The notes: a model not told the origin generated them from the sequence alone. 59,588 bases of DNA from Oligoflexales bacterium (GCA_044357055.1 JBIKVD010000001.1:1-59588); one strand, 5' to 3'. Shown: positions 28,683 to 38,723, counted from the stretch's first letter. A program made the numbers and translations.

Positions 28683-29087
28683 TTATGGCGCTGGCTTTTC
28701 TGATACCTTAGGAGCGGCAACTTTGGGAGTTGCTGGGGTCAAGAGTTCCTTGGTGTATTGCTGGATACTGCCTTTCAAAACCTTTACCGCCACGCCTTGC
28801 GCTAATTCCAAGGTCACAAATTGATCCGCGACCGAGCGAATTTTCCCAATAAAACCAGATTGAGTGACCACTTCGTCGCCGGGCTTTAGTTCCGATAGTA
28901 ACTTCGTGTGTTCTTTAGCTCGTTTCGCTTGAGGTCTGAGAAAGAAGAGATACACGATCATGACTAAACCGAGGGGAAGCAGAAGAGTGTCGAAAAGACT
29001 CATTTGCGGCTGCGCTGCTGGTGCAGCGGCTTCTTGAGCAAACGCAATATAACTCACAGAACTATTTAATAAATTTGAAAACATCAA
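28683..29087 (-). CDS. yajC: Preprotein translocase subunit YajC
   Basis: LLLPLGLVMIVYLFFLRPQAKRAKEHTKLLSELKPGDEVVTQSGFIGKI is present. Confidence 0.85.
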   Translation of the reverse strand: MMFSNLLNSSVSYIAFAQEAAAPAAQPQMSLFDTLLLPLGLVMIVYLFFLRPQAKRAKEHTKLLSELKPGDEVVTQSGFIGKIRSVADQFVTLELAQGVAVKVLKGSIQQYTKELLTPATPKVAAPKVSEKPAP

Positions 29088-29202
29088 GCCATCTCCTTGT
29101 GATCCCAGGCCCGTCCCAGGCCAATCTTGTTAACCCAGAATCATCACGAAAGCAAGCCTACCCATGCTTTGGGCAGGTAGCGTTGATGGAGATACTCTTT
29201 CT

Positions 29203-29799
29203 TTAAGATGGCTGTCTTAGAACTCTCATACTTAAAAGTTGATTCTCATGAGTCGCGAGCTGAAAAGCCACGATAGAAGCCGTCACAACATAAAAGAAAG
29301 CGGTCACATAAGATCCCAGAAAGAGACACAGACCTAGTCCTTCCATAATTCGACCCACATATTCCGGGTGTCTTAAGTACTTGTAAGGGCCACTGACGAT
29401 GCGCTCCATCCCTGCGACGGCAAGACAGCGATTGGTCCATAGGGTGCCAAGAGACCTTATCGCGAACATCCGCAAAGCGTAGCCACCTATGAGTAGACCC
29501 ATGGCAATCAGGGGTAGCTTAGCTGGGACGCTAGCGACCCAAGTCTCCGCCATCCCTTGTCCTTCTGAGCTTTGCATAAACTCCCAAAAGGCGAGAGGGG
29601 CAAACAGAAATGGAAACCTGTAAAAGAGCTTGGCAAGCCGGGGACAGCGCTCACTGATGGTACCTTGAGCAAGTCCTTGCAAATGCCGCTGGCTCAGGCG
29701 GGCTTCCATCCAAGTTGACCACGCAGCACATGACACCAAAGCGAGCCAGAGATACTCAATAGGAAACATAAGTCCGCCATTTTTACTTGGTATAGCCAA
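29203..29799 (-). CDS. Isoprenylcysteine carboxyl methyltransferase (ICMT) / phospholipid methyltransferase family membrane protein
   Basis: A multi-TM protein carrying GPYKYLRHPEYVGRIMEGLGLCL. Confidence 0.7.
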   Translation of the reverse strand: MAIPSKNGGLMFPIEYLWLALVSCAAWSTWMEARLSQRHLQGLAQGTISERCPRLAKLFYRFPFLFAPLAFWEFMQSSEGQGMAETWVASVPAKLPLIAMGLLIGGYALRMFAIRSLGTLWTNRCLAVAGMERIVSGPYKYLRHPEYVGRIMEGLGLCLFLGSYVTAFFYVVTASIVAFQLATHENQLLSMRVLRQPS

Positions 29800-29937
29800 A
29801 GGGATTCAAGAAGATCTTACCGTTTCTTCCCTCTCAAACCAAGCTAGCGCCAATTTTTGCGTTGATGATCTAAAGGTTTTTCCTAAGTTTTGCAATCATG
29901 GTAAACCCATCTCTTGCCCTACAGAGATGGAACTGCC

Positions 29938-32010
29938 ATGAGCCAGTTGTTAAGCCAGTTAAACCAAGCACAACGGGATGCCGCGGCTCACGTTCAAGGC
30001 CCCCAGCTCATTCTCGCGGGTGCTGGCACCGGCAAGACCCGAGTTATGACCTACCGCATGGCTCACATGCTCAGTTTGGGAATCAACCCTTCCTCTATCG
30101 TCGCGGTCACCTTTACGAACAAAGCCGCTGGTGAAATGAGAACCCGCGTCGCCAAACTCGTCGATCGTGGCAAAGCCAAGTTTCTCAATATCAGCACCTT
30201 TCACAGCTTCTGCCTCAAGATTTTTCGCCAATATGTCCAAAAAACCCCCTGGAGAAAAGGTTTTCTCATCCTGGATATGGGTGACCAACTGGATATGATG
30301 AGACGTACCATGGAAGATCTAAGAATCACGGGCCAGTATCAGCCCATGGATCTTCTTCTCCAGGTTAGCCAAGCGAAAAATCGCCTCCTCGACCCTGCGG
30401 AGGTTGTGGCCGAAGGCGATAAACTCACCTGCGCGGATCCCGAGCTCTTAGCCACGGTTTATCAAACCTATCAAAAGCACCTTGTCTTCAATAATGTCAT
30501 CGACTTCGATGACTGCATTCTGCAAGTCGCTCACATGCTACAGCGAGATCCGCAACTACAGGCTGAGCTGCAGGAAAAATATCAATACTTCATGGTCGAC
30601 GAGTTTCAGGACACGAATTATGCCCAACTGGAGCTGGTTCGCCTTTTTGCCTCCCAACATCGCAATATTTGTGTTGTCGGCGACGACGACCAGTCGATTT
30701 ACAGTTGGCGGGGAGCGATGTATCAAACGATTGCTCTCTTCGAATCCTATTTCCCCGAACTGCGAGTGGTGCGACTCGAACAAAACTACCGCTGTTCCAC
30801 CCCGATCCTCCAGGCTGCAAACCAACTGATTCGTAATAATCCCATCCGCAAGGGCAAGACGCTCTGGAGCGATTCAAAGGTTACGGAACCCATCCGATTG
30901 ACCGCCTGCCTGGATGAGCTCAGCGAAGCAAATCAGATCGCCTCTCGCATCCTTGGTCTGACCGGTCGCGGCTATCAACCAAAAGATATCGCCATTCTTA
31001 TCCGTCAGGCGACCCAGGGCAAAGCCATTGAACTAGCCCTTCGGGATTTACGGCTCCCATACAAAATCTATGGGGGTCAAAGCTTTTTCGACAAAAAGGA
31101 GGTGAAAGACTTCCTAGCCTACGTTCGCCTCACTCTCAATCCAAAGGACCACCTCGCTTTTTATCGGACCATCAATACTCCAAGTCGTGGCATCGGAGTC
31201 AGGACTTTGGAGAAAATTCACCAATTCTCACAAGAATCACAGATCCCTCCTTTGCTTGCGGCCCTTGATCCCGCGCTGCAGGTTGCCACAGGCCAAACCT
31301 CAAGAATCATTCATGAATTCAACCAAGAAATACATGCATTACATGTATTACAAGTAAACACACCGGCGGACTTCGAGACTTTGGGCCAACAGATCTTGCG
31401 AAAATTCAAATTAGGACTCGATGTCGAGCAATCGGTAAAAAGCCCAGATGCAAGGGCCCAAAGATTAGAAACCATTCGAAACCTACCTGCCTGGCTGGCT
31501 GCAGCTGCACAGGCCCATCTCGACCAGCACGGTGATCTAGATGCCTGGGAGTTCTTACAAGCCCTCGTGCTGGATCAGTCTCAGGGATTTGATAAAAAGA
31601 ACAAAAATCAAAGTTTTGAAGAGCGCGAACATATTGCAGTCATGACCACTCATGCGGCCAAAGGTCTCGAATTTCCAGTGGTCTTTGTCTGTGGGATGGA
31701 AGACGACATATGGCCACACAAAAACAGCCAGGGCCAAGAGGATCAAATCCATGAGGAACGCCGCCTCATGTACGTGGCAATCACTCGAGCTAAAGAGCGC
31801 CTCTATTTATCCCATTGCCATTACCGAAATATTCGCAAACAAAAGGTTGGCAAAATCCCTTCGCGTTTTATCCGAGAACTACCACATAACGATGATTTGA
31901 TTGTGGAAAGCCTGGGACAAAATCATCTGGAGCCGGGTGTCAAGAGCAAGGAAGAACGGGCAGCCTCAACGATTTCAAGACTTTCCGATTTACGGGCCAG
32001 CCTTAAATGA
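29938..32010 (+). CDS. UvrD/PcrA/Rep-family ATP-dependent DNA helicase
   Basis: LNQAQRDAA, ILAGAGTGKTRVMTYR, TFHSF, MVDEFQDTN, VGDDDQSIYSWRGA, LEQNYRC, TTHAAKGLEFPVVF and RLMYVAITRAKERL are present. Confidence 0.9.
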   Translation: MSQLLSQLNQAQRDAAAHVQGPQLILAGAGTGKTRVMTYRMAHMLSLGINPSSIVAVTFTNKAAGEMRTRVAKLVDRGKAKFLNISTFHSFCLKIFRQYVQKTPWRKGFLILDMGDQLDMMRRTMEDLRITGQYQPMDLLLQVSQAKNRLLDPAEVVAEGDKLTCADPELLATVYQTYQKHLVFNNVIDFDDCILQVAHMLQRDPQLQAELQEKYQYFMVDEFQDTNYAQLELVRLFASQHRNICVVGDDDQSIYSWRGAMYQTIALFESYFPELRVVRLEQNYRCSTPILQAANQLIRNNPIRKGKTLWSDSKVTEPIRLTACLDELSEANQIASRILGLTGRGYQPKDIAILIRQATQGKAIELALRDLRLPYKIYGGQSFFDKKEVKDFLAYVRLTLNPKDHLAFYRTINTPSRGIGVRTLEKIHQFSQESQIPPLLAALDPALQVATGQTSRIIHEFNQEIHALHVLQVNTPADFETLGQQILRKFKLGLDVEQSVKSPDARAQRLETIRNLPAWLAAAAQAHLDQHGDLDAWEFLQALVLDQSQGFDKKNKNQSFEEREHIAVMTTHAAKGLEFPVVFVCGMEDDIWPHKNSQGQEDQIHEERRLMYVAITRAKERLYLSHCHYRNIRKQKVGKIPSRFIRELPHNDDLIVESLGQNHLEPGVKSKEERAASTISRLSDLRASLK

Positions 32011-32049
32011 GCCGTCGTCATCCTGAGCAAAGCGAAGGATGACGACGGC
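32011..32049. terminator. Perfect 14-bp hairpin between convergent genes (bidirectional terminator or REP-like palindrome)
   Basis: GCCGTCGTCATCCT (32011-32024) and AGGATGACGACGGC (32036-32049) enclose an 11-nt loop. It starts immediately after the helicase stop and ends 6 nt before the rpoH stop. Neither side has a U-tract. Confidence 0.6.
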
Positions 32050-32054
32050 GCAGC

Positions 32055-32945
32055 TTAGTCATCGACCTCCACATCCAAAGTGCCTTTTTCTCTCACAAAC
32101 TGCTTGAGTTTTTGCATAATGCGCGACTCGATTTGTCGAGCCCGCTCGCGAGTCACTCCATAGCGATCGCCAATATCCTGCAAAGTCAAAGGGACCTCGG
32201 CCAAGAGGCGATCCTGAAAGATCTTCAGTTCACGCTCGTTCAGGGATTGCTTGAACTCATCCAGATATTCCTTAAATAGGCTCATTTCCTGGTTGGAGGC
32301 CAAAACATCCACAATCGAGGGACGTTGATCCTCCAGCCATTCCCCCCGGGCTGAGGAGGAATCATCTCGACTAAAGGGGGTGTCCAGAGATAAATCCGGT
32401 GCTCCTAGCCGTTTCTGCATCTCCAGAACTTCGCTCTCTTTGACATTTAAATTCTCCGCAATGAGCTTGGGATCGGCGCGGTCATATTCCGCGACCAAGC
32501 GGTCTGCTTCTTTCTTAAGATTGTAAAAGAGCTTGCGCTGGGCAGCTGTCGTGCCCATTTTCACTTGGCTTTTTTGTTCCATGATGTGCTTAAGGATAAA
32601 AGCGCGTATCCACCAGGCCGCATAAGTTGATAACTTTACTTGTTTATATGGATTGAAGCGCTTGACCGCCTGCATCAGGCCATAATTTCCTTCTTGGATC
32701 AAATCCAGAAAACTGATCTGAGCCTGTCTAAAATCATTTGCAATTTTGACCACCAACCGTAAATTCGAGGTAACCAAACGCTGAGCGGCTTCCTGATCGC
32801 CCTCCTCAAAATGTCTTAGGGCGAGTTGATACTCCTCTTCAGCATTGAGGAGGGGATATCGCGCCACCTCCTGCAAATAGATTTGCAGCGGTGACAAGGT
32901 GGCCAACGACTTGGGGCCACTGACACTAGGTAGCTTACTCACCAA
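32055..32945 (-). CDS. rpoH: RNA polymerase sigma-32 (heat-shock sigma factor)
   Basis: LIQEGNYGLMQAVKRFNPYKQVKLSTYAAWWIRA is present, with the RpoH-box-like QRKLFYNLKKE and region 4 LTLQDIGDRYGVTRERARQIE. The start codon is GTG. Confidence 0.88.
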   Translation of the reverse strand: MVSKLPSVSGPKSLATLSPLQIYLQEVARYPLLNAEEEYQLALRHFEEGDQEAAQRLVTSNLRLVVKIANDFRQAQISFLDLIQEGNYGLMQAVKRFNPYKQVKLSTYAAWWIRAFILKHIMEQKSQVKMGTTAAQRKLFYNLKKEADRLVAEYDRADPKLIAENLNVKESEVLEMQKRLGAPDLSLDTPFSRDDSSSARGEWLEDQRPSIVDVLASNQEMSLFKEYLDEFKQSLNERELKIFQDRLLAEVPLTLQDIGDRYGVTRERARQIESRIMQKLKQFVREKGTLDVEVDD

Positions 32946-33005
32946 AGACAGTCCTCATTTGGTTTTTTTACTTAAAACCCTAAAAATACGAGTACCTGCG
33001 CCAAT

Positions 33006-33959
33006 ATGCCAGAGATCGGGATCATAACAAATCCGCATTCCAAATTAAACAAGCGAAATCCCGAACGGTCGCAGATGCTCTCCTATATCTTGGGCGAAAA
33101 GGGCGAGCTGGCAAAGACGCAAAATCTCACCGAGCTGGATGAGGTGGTTCGTCGTTTCCAAGAAAAAGATGTCAAGATCCTGGCGATTAACGGTGGCGAC
33201 GGAACCATTTCTCGTACACTTTCCGCCCTGATTCGGACCTATGGAGAGAAACCGCTACCTAAAATCGCCCTTCTTCGGGGTGGTACCATAAATATGCTTG
33301 CTCAAAATCTAGGCATTCGTGGAACACCCGAGTCATTGCTTTTTGGACTGGTGCGTGAGCTAGGATCAGGCGGCGCGTTTCCAAGTGTCCGTCAACGATG
33401 CCTGGAGGTAAACGGTCAATTTGGCTTTCTCTTCGGTAATGGCACGATTTCCTCATTTCTAGAGACTTTTTACCAAAATAAAACGGATGCCTTTGGGTCC
33501 TTGGTTCTTATGGCGAGAGTCATCTTCTCGGCAATCTTTGGCGGCGGGCTCGCACGAAAAATCCTCCGTGATCACATCTTTTCATTGCAAATCGATCAAC
33601 ATCCACCCTTGATGTTGCATTCCATCGCTCTTATTGCTTCCACGGTGCAGCAAATGCCACTGGGACCCAAGTTTTTTCCCATGGTAGGGCCCGGGAGTCA
33701 GGCTATCCAATTTATGGTCATGCGCCTGGCCGCTAGAAACGCAGCCTTCCTAATCCCCTTTACCGCCCTATTTTCTGCGGCAAGAGATGATTTTGCCAAG
33801 TCTTCGATTTTAGCCAAACACATTCAAATCAGCTCCAAATCTGCACTCAGCTACACACTTGATGGCGAGCTTTTTCAAATTCCTCCTGCTGGAGATTTAA
33901 CGATAAGCTTGGGCCCGGAGATAGAATTTGTTAGCATGAATGCTGAAGATCCGAACTAA
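33006..33959 (+). CDS. Diacylglycerol/lipid kinase-family (NAD-kinase-fold) protein
   Basis: IGIITNPHS and ILAINGGDGTISRTL (GGDGT motif) are present. Confidence 0.7.
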   Translation: MPEIGIITNPHSKLNKRNPERSQMLSYILGEKGELAKTQNLTELDEVVRRFQEKDVKILAINGGDGTISRTLSALIRTYGEKPLPKIALLRGGTINMLAQNLGIRGTPESLLFGLVRELGSGGAFPSVRQRCLEVNGQFGFLFGNGTISSFLETFYQNKTDAFGSLVLMARVIFSAIFGGGLARKILRDHIFSLQIDQHPPLMLHSIALIASTVQQMPLGPKFFPMVGPGSQAIQFMVMRLAARNAAFLIPFTALFSAARDDFAKSSILAKHIQISSKSALSYTLDGELFQIPPAGDLTISLGPEIEFVSMNAEDPN

Positions 33960-34032
33960 GTTACGGAAATTGAGCCTTTGAGCAGCCAGGGAATTCCAAG
34001 AAGCTGGCCAGGCAAATTGCGCAGGATGTCAC

Positions 34033-35097
34033 ATGACGAGTCGAGTTACCGTTGAGGCTCCCAAATTGGGGGTACGAATTCCCCATCCTCCTCTCGAAGG
34101 TTTGTCCGATGCTATAGGGGCAAAGCAACTCGAGGTCCATTGGCTCGCAGGGGATGGCTCCGACCGCTGTTACTATCGACTGCACTCCCCGAGTTTGAAA
34201 GAAGATTTTGTTCTAATGCAACTATCTGTCGATGATGCATTGAAATTGCAAAGTGACCAATATGAGTGGATCCATGTGGGAAACACCTTGCAGCAGTTCG
34301 GTGTTCGCGTGCCGGCACTCATCAAAAACCTTAAGAGCTACGCTGCACTTATCATCGAGGATTATGGCAATAAAACCTTTGAGCAACAAGCCCACTCACT
34401 TCTTGCCTTAGGCGAATGGAAAGCTTGTAAAGCCTTGTACCGTGATGCCAGCCAAATCATCGTCCAGTTTCTAAAAATACCAAAATTGTCGGGTTCATGG
34501 AGCCGGCGCAGTTTCGATGCCGAGCGCTATTATTTTGAGACCGATTTTTTCTTGCACCACTACGGTAAACCGATCGCCGGTTTGGAATTTTCCCAGGAAG
34601 AACTGGATCGCTACAAACAAGACTTAAACGCGATTTCAGATTACCTTGCCAGCTTTAGTCAATATTTCGTCCATCGCGACTACCATAGTCGCAACCTAAT
34701 GTACAAAAACGGAAAAATTGCCGTCATTGACTTTCAAGACGCGCGATTAGGTTCGCCTGCCTATGATCTCGTTTCCTTATGCTTCGATTCTTATGTGCCT
34801 TTGTTGCCCGAACAAAGATTAGAACTGATGCATCAAGGATTAGAGGCCCTTCATACTCTGGGAACCGACGTGGGGGTAAGCGCTTCGGAGCATTGGCGAG
34901 CGATTCTATTGCAACGGCAACTCAAGGCCATTGGCAGCTTCGGGTATTTGACATTGGTCAAGAATCGGGGAAACTATCTGAGATATGTGAGACCTGCCCT
35001 TGATACCTTGGCTCACGATTTAGTCTATGACGAGCGTTGGCCGTTTCTTTCTGGCACCTTGTTAGAGCGGATCCGTCGCTTCAACAAGACGGTCTGA
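34033..35097 (+). CDS. amgK: Aminoglycoside-phosphotransferase-fold kinase, AmgK-like (anomeric MurNAc/GlcNAc kinase)
   Basis: LAGDGSDRCYYRL and HRDYHSRNLMYKNGKIAVIDFQDARLGSPAYDLVSL are present. It lies directly upstream of a sugar-1-P nucleotidyltransferase gene, as in the known amgK-murU pair. Confidence 0.65.
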   Translation: MTSRVTVEAPKLGVRIPHPPLEGLSDAIGAKQLEVHWLAGDGSDRCYYRLHSPSLKEDFVLMQLSVDDALKLQSDQYEWIHVGNTLQQFGVRVPALIKNLKSYAALIIEDYGNKTFEQQAHSLLALGEWKACKALYRDASQIIVQFLKIPKLSGSWSRRSFDAERYYFETDFFLHHYGKPIAGLEFSQEELDRYKQDLNAISDYLASFSQYFVHRDYHSRNLMYKNGKIAVIDFQDARLGSPAYDLVSLCFDSYVPLLPEQRLELMHQGLEALHTLGTDVGVSASEHWRAILLQRQLKAIGSFGYLTLVKNRGNYLRYVRPALDTLAHDLVYDERWPFLSGTLLERIRRFNKTV

Positions 35098-35103
35098 AAA
35101 GAG

Positions 35104-36234
35104 ATGCCCTCCATGTTAAGTTCGGAGAGAATTCAAGCGTTAGTTTTATGCGCAGGCTTTGGTAAGCGCCTTGCTCCGCTGACGGACATAATACCCAAGC
35201 CCGCCATCCCATTTTTTGGTCTCCCTTTAGTCAGCTACATTATTGCGCAACTGGTAAATGCTGGATTAAAAAGAATTTCCTTTAATCTGCATCATCATTC
35301 CGAGAGCATGCGCCAGACTGTTTTGAGCTGCCCTATGAATTTCCAAGCTCATTTCTCTTTAGAGGAACCCATCATCCTAGGATCGGGGGGAGCGTTAGGC
35401 CCCGTCCTCAGGGAGTGCCTTGATGAGGGGGAAGATCTCCTCGTCGTAAACGGTGACGTCTTATCGGATATCCCACTTGCAGCTCTCATAAACCACCATA
35501 GATCCACAGGAGCGCTGGCGACCTTTGCCGTGCTTCCAGAACTCTTGCCAGGTGAAAATCTTGGCCTTGTGTACAAGAATGGAAGGTTCTTTGGCAGGGG
35601 AACGAAACAAGCCTTGGTTCCCGGGTTCCAACTCGGCGGCAATGGATGTGCCTATGTCGTCAAGCGTGACTTTCTAAATTTCATTGTCCCAGGGGAAAGC
35701 GTCGACCTGTTTGAACTTTGCACGCGCGCGGCAAATCATAACCAGGCCCTCGCCGTATTCCCGGTTCCTGGTCCTCTTTTTGACTTGGGAACTCCCTCCC
35801 GTATTTGGCAGACTCACATGCGTCTACTCAATGATCCCATGCTTATACAACGGTTTCGTTTTGATCAATGTTTTCGGGCCTATAAATCAGTGTATAGGCA
35901 TTGGGTAGACAAGAATCCTAACGCTCCCGCATTCAGGGCACAGGCTTTTGAACCCAGTGACGCTACTGATTTGCCTGTGTTGACCTATCCCGGGCCAGGG
36001 GTTGTCTATACCAATATAGCCCTTGGCCTTAGGGAAACCCTAAAACCCGGTGCTCAATATAATTCCATCTCGCAGGATTTTCAGAGGCAGGTTACAAAAA
36101 ACCTTACTGTGTCGAATCAGTGGCAGAATGCGGTGATTCTCAACAGTACCTCCCTGGGTGGGCTTTCATCTTCGTTTGTTGCCATCGAAGATGTGATTTT
36201 CGATCTCGACGGTGAGGTTTCCATTTCACATTAA
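35104..36234 (+). CDS. Sugar-1-phosphate nucleotidyltransferase, MurU-like, with a C-terminal extension of about 135 aa
   Basis: ALVLCAGFGKRLAPLTDIIPKPAIPFFGLPLV and GSGGAL..VVNGDV match the NTP-transferase fold. The position after the amgK-like gene supports the call. The C-terminal third is unassigned. Confidence 0.55.
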   Translation: MPSMLSSERIQALVLCAGFGKRLAPLTDIIPKPAIPFFGLPLVSYIIAQLVNAGLKRISFNLHHHSESMRQTVLSCPMNFQAHFSLEEPIILGSGGALGPVLRECLDEGEDLLVVNGDVLSDIPLAALINHHRSTGALATFAVLPELLPGENLGLVYKNGRFFGRGTKQALVPGFQLGGNGCAYVVKRDFLNFIVPGESVDLFELCTRAANHNQALAVFPVPGPLFDLGTPSRIWQTHMRLLNDPMLIQRFRFDQCFRAYKSVYRHWVDKNPNAPAFRAQAFEPSDATDLPVLTYPGPGVVYTNIALGLRETLKPGAQYNSISQDFQRQVTKNLTVSNQWQNAVILNSTSLGGLSSSFVAIEDVIFDLDGEVSISH

Positions 36235-36552
36235 ACCTCAACCAAAACAAAACTTGCAGGAAAATTCGGATCTGAGATATCAAACTCCACGTCACAAAAC
36301 CCAGGCCAACCTTGCCGATTCAGGCTAGACGTTAGATGATTTCCCAAAAGCTCCCACTCTCCCAATCCTTCTTCTCTCATGTCATGCTGCAACCTCGTGA
36401 GCATGAACCTAATCCCATAGCAGACTCACCTGCATCAAATGCTTGGGCTGCTATTCCTGTAGTCGAACCCTAATGTGTTCCAACCACATCAACTTATCCG
36501 CACCTATGTGCCTTCGTAACAAATATTCTTCAAAAAAACTCATATCAAAAAC

Positions 36553-37515
36553 CTAAAGCATCACAAATTCACTTGCTGTATTGACTTGTTGCAATTGTGA
36601 AAAACCTTTTATTCCAGCTTGGCCTTGATGAACGAAAGAATCTTTACCTTCCAAAACCGAATGAACTGGTTCGTCTAAATCATTCTGAGAAATTAAAACG
36701 CTTTGATCCAAATAGTGCACGATAGTTCCAACTTCCAATTGATCGGGATTCGCGATGTGGCCGTTGAGGCGCCAAATCATTTTCCATGTGGTAGAGTCGC
36801 CATAAACTTGTGCGGCGATATTCGCCAGAGTTTGACCTTGTTGCACGGTAACTTCACTCTTAGGAGAAAGTTCATAGGCTTGAGCAAAGCTAGTAGATTC
36901 TGCGGTTAGAGCATAATAGACAACGTCACCTGGGTAAATACGGTTTGGGTTATGTAATGCAGAGAGGTCCTTAATTTCAGACCAACGATTCATGTCGCCA
37001 TAAATCTTCTTAGCAATTTTTGCTAAAGTATCGCCTTTTTGCACGATATAGGGCATCTTCGAGTTCATCTCAGGTAATCCACCAACCGTTTGACCTGTCG
37101 TCATAACGGGAGCACTGGATGGGGGAGGGGATTGTGCAAAGTTTGCAGTTGCCGTAGGGTCTGCAGCCGCATTTAGACCTGTAGAGTTCAGCGCCTCCGC
37201 GGGAGCCTCACCCATGTTGTCGGATTCCTGGTTCATTTGAGCGATAACTTCCTGCAACTCGTTCTCGGTTGCATCTGCGGAGTAATCGTCCTGCTCGCCA
37301 ATGTTCTCTTCATACGTGATGTTCTCTTCTCCAGTTGCGCCCTCATCATTTGCACTTTGCTGATCTGTAGCTTCCACACTCTCATCCTGATTTGAATTCT
37401 CGAGTTCTGCTCCCTGCTGTTGCTGCTGAGAGCTCGAACACGCACCAAACCAGAGTGCTAGCGAGGCCCACAGAGACAGCGCGACAGAACGCCGCAATGC
37501 TCCTTGTAGTCTCAT
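36553..37515 (-). CDS. LysM-domain lipoprotein with an acidic disordered N-terminal region
   Basis: Lipobox LWFGAC. A Glu/Asp/Gln-rich segment is followed by two LysM repeats (YIVQKGDTLAKIAKKIYGD..W..I and VTVQQGQTLANIAAQVYGD..W..IWRLN). Confidence 0.85.
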   Translation of the reverse strand: MRLQGALRRSVALSLWASLALWFGACSSSQQQQQGAELENSNQDESVEATDQQSANDEGATGEENITYEENIGEQDDYSADATENELQEVIAQMNQESDNMGEAPAEALNSTGLNAAADPTATANFAQSPPPSSAPVMTTGQTVGGLPEMNSKMPYIVQKGDTLAKIAKKIYGDMNRWSEIKDLSALHNPNRIYPGDVVYYALTAESTSFAQAYELSPKSEVTVQQGQTLANIAAQVYGDSTTWKMIWRLNGHIANPDQLEVGTIVHYLDQSVLISQNDLDEPVHSVLEGKDSFVHQGQAGIKGFSQLQQVNTASEFVML

Positions 37516-37841
37516 AGCAATCCTCCAAAAAAGTTTCAGCCCCGCTTATCGACAAATAAGCGCGGACCTTAAGTACCATTAAACGGGCTGCGGCATTTTC
37601 TGAAAAGGGGCAAGCGCTGCTTGCTCAACCTGGAACAAACCACCTGTTCATCAATCATCATCGTGGCCTACTCGAGAAATTTGCGTAGGCTTGCCCACGC
37701 CTGTTCAGGCAAATTGTCTAGGAATCAGACAGGGCTATACAGCCTAGTCAAATTTTTACGATGTGCTTTCGCGGTGTTACGAAAAGGTCGTTTGGCTTGA
37801 ATCTTGCTGTGTAAGCATGAGTCAAAGTCTCTGGTGGAGGA

Positions 37842-38723
37842 TTGCTGGTGAGTGGGATAATCCTTGGATTCATTGTCGTCAATTTGCTTTATGCCTGCGT
37901 CAAGCTTAGTACGGAAGCTTCGGATGCTCTGAAGAATGAATATCGACAAGTTGTCATGAGCATGGCTCAAGCTTTGCCATTTGTAAGCTACCTCATGACT
38001 CTAGCCATCTTGAGTCTCAATTACCTCTCAGTCGCAAAGCCAGGATCAATACCTTTTGACAATCCCATGTATCTTTATCCGCTAGAAAATTTAGTCCTCT
38101 TGGTTATCTCAACGTTTCTCCTGACCCCCGCCGGAAGCTTGATCGCCGGCTGCTTAATTCTGCATTTTTCCCTGCGGTATTCCTATCTCTTTTACGACGG
38201 TATTGCCAGCAACCATGGTCTCTATTTTACTTTGTTGGGATTCCTGTCTCTTGTCTTTATGAGCGTGGATAAGTTCACCTATCGCGGTTCACGATGGTTG
38301 CTTGTCACTCAACGAAACCTGCGTTCATTGTTGTTATATACGGTAGCGCTCTTGACCCTAGTAAGTATGATTATGACACTTGAAAACTCCTCCCGCGCTT
38401 TGGAATTTCTGCAAATTTCTAGCAAATCATCGCCAAAGTTAATTCTGGGTACTTTAGGAGCCATCACTGCTATTGGATGGTACCAGGTTATGACGTCTCG
38501 CCGACATAAAGACACCATGTTCTTTCTCATTATTCCTTCCCTTCTATTTATGATCACGGGCCTTGGTTTTGAGATCGTCCACCTCGTCTTTCCGCTTTTT
38601 GTTATGATTGGATTGGCGATATGCCTTCATGATGATTACTGCCGAGATCGTTTGGCTATGGCGTCCGCTTTGCGCCGTCTTTATTCTCGCCCGATGCGTC
38701 GACCGGTGTTGAAAGGTCATTGA
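37842..38723 (+). CDS. Hypothetical polytopic membrane protein
   Basis: A 293-aa ORF with a TTG start and about 8 hydrophobic segments. I recognised no family. Confidence 0.45.
   Translation: MLVSGIILGFIVVNLLYACVKLSTEASDALKNEYRQVVMSMAQALPFVSYLMTLAILSLNYLSVAKPGSIPFDNPMYLYPLENLVLLVISTFLLTPAGSLIAGCLILHFSLRYSYLFYDGIASNHGLYFTLLGFLSLVFMSVDKFTYRGSRWLLVTQRNLRSLLLYTVALLTLVSMIMTLENSSRALEFLQISSKSSPKLILGTLGAITAIGWYQVMTSRRHKDTMFFLIIPSLLFMITGLGFEIVHLVFPLFVMIGLAICLHDDYCRDRLAMASALRRLYSRPMRRPVLKGH

Noticed and set aside
36455-36475. GGGTTCGAC (minus strand), which resembles a tRNA T-loop
   Set aside because: The flanking bases cannot form a T-stem, acceptor stem or anticodon arm, so this is not a tRNA.
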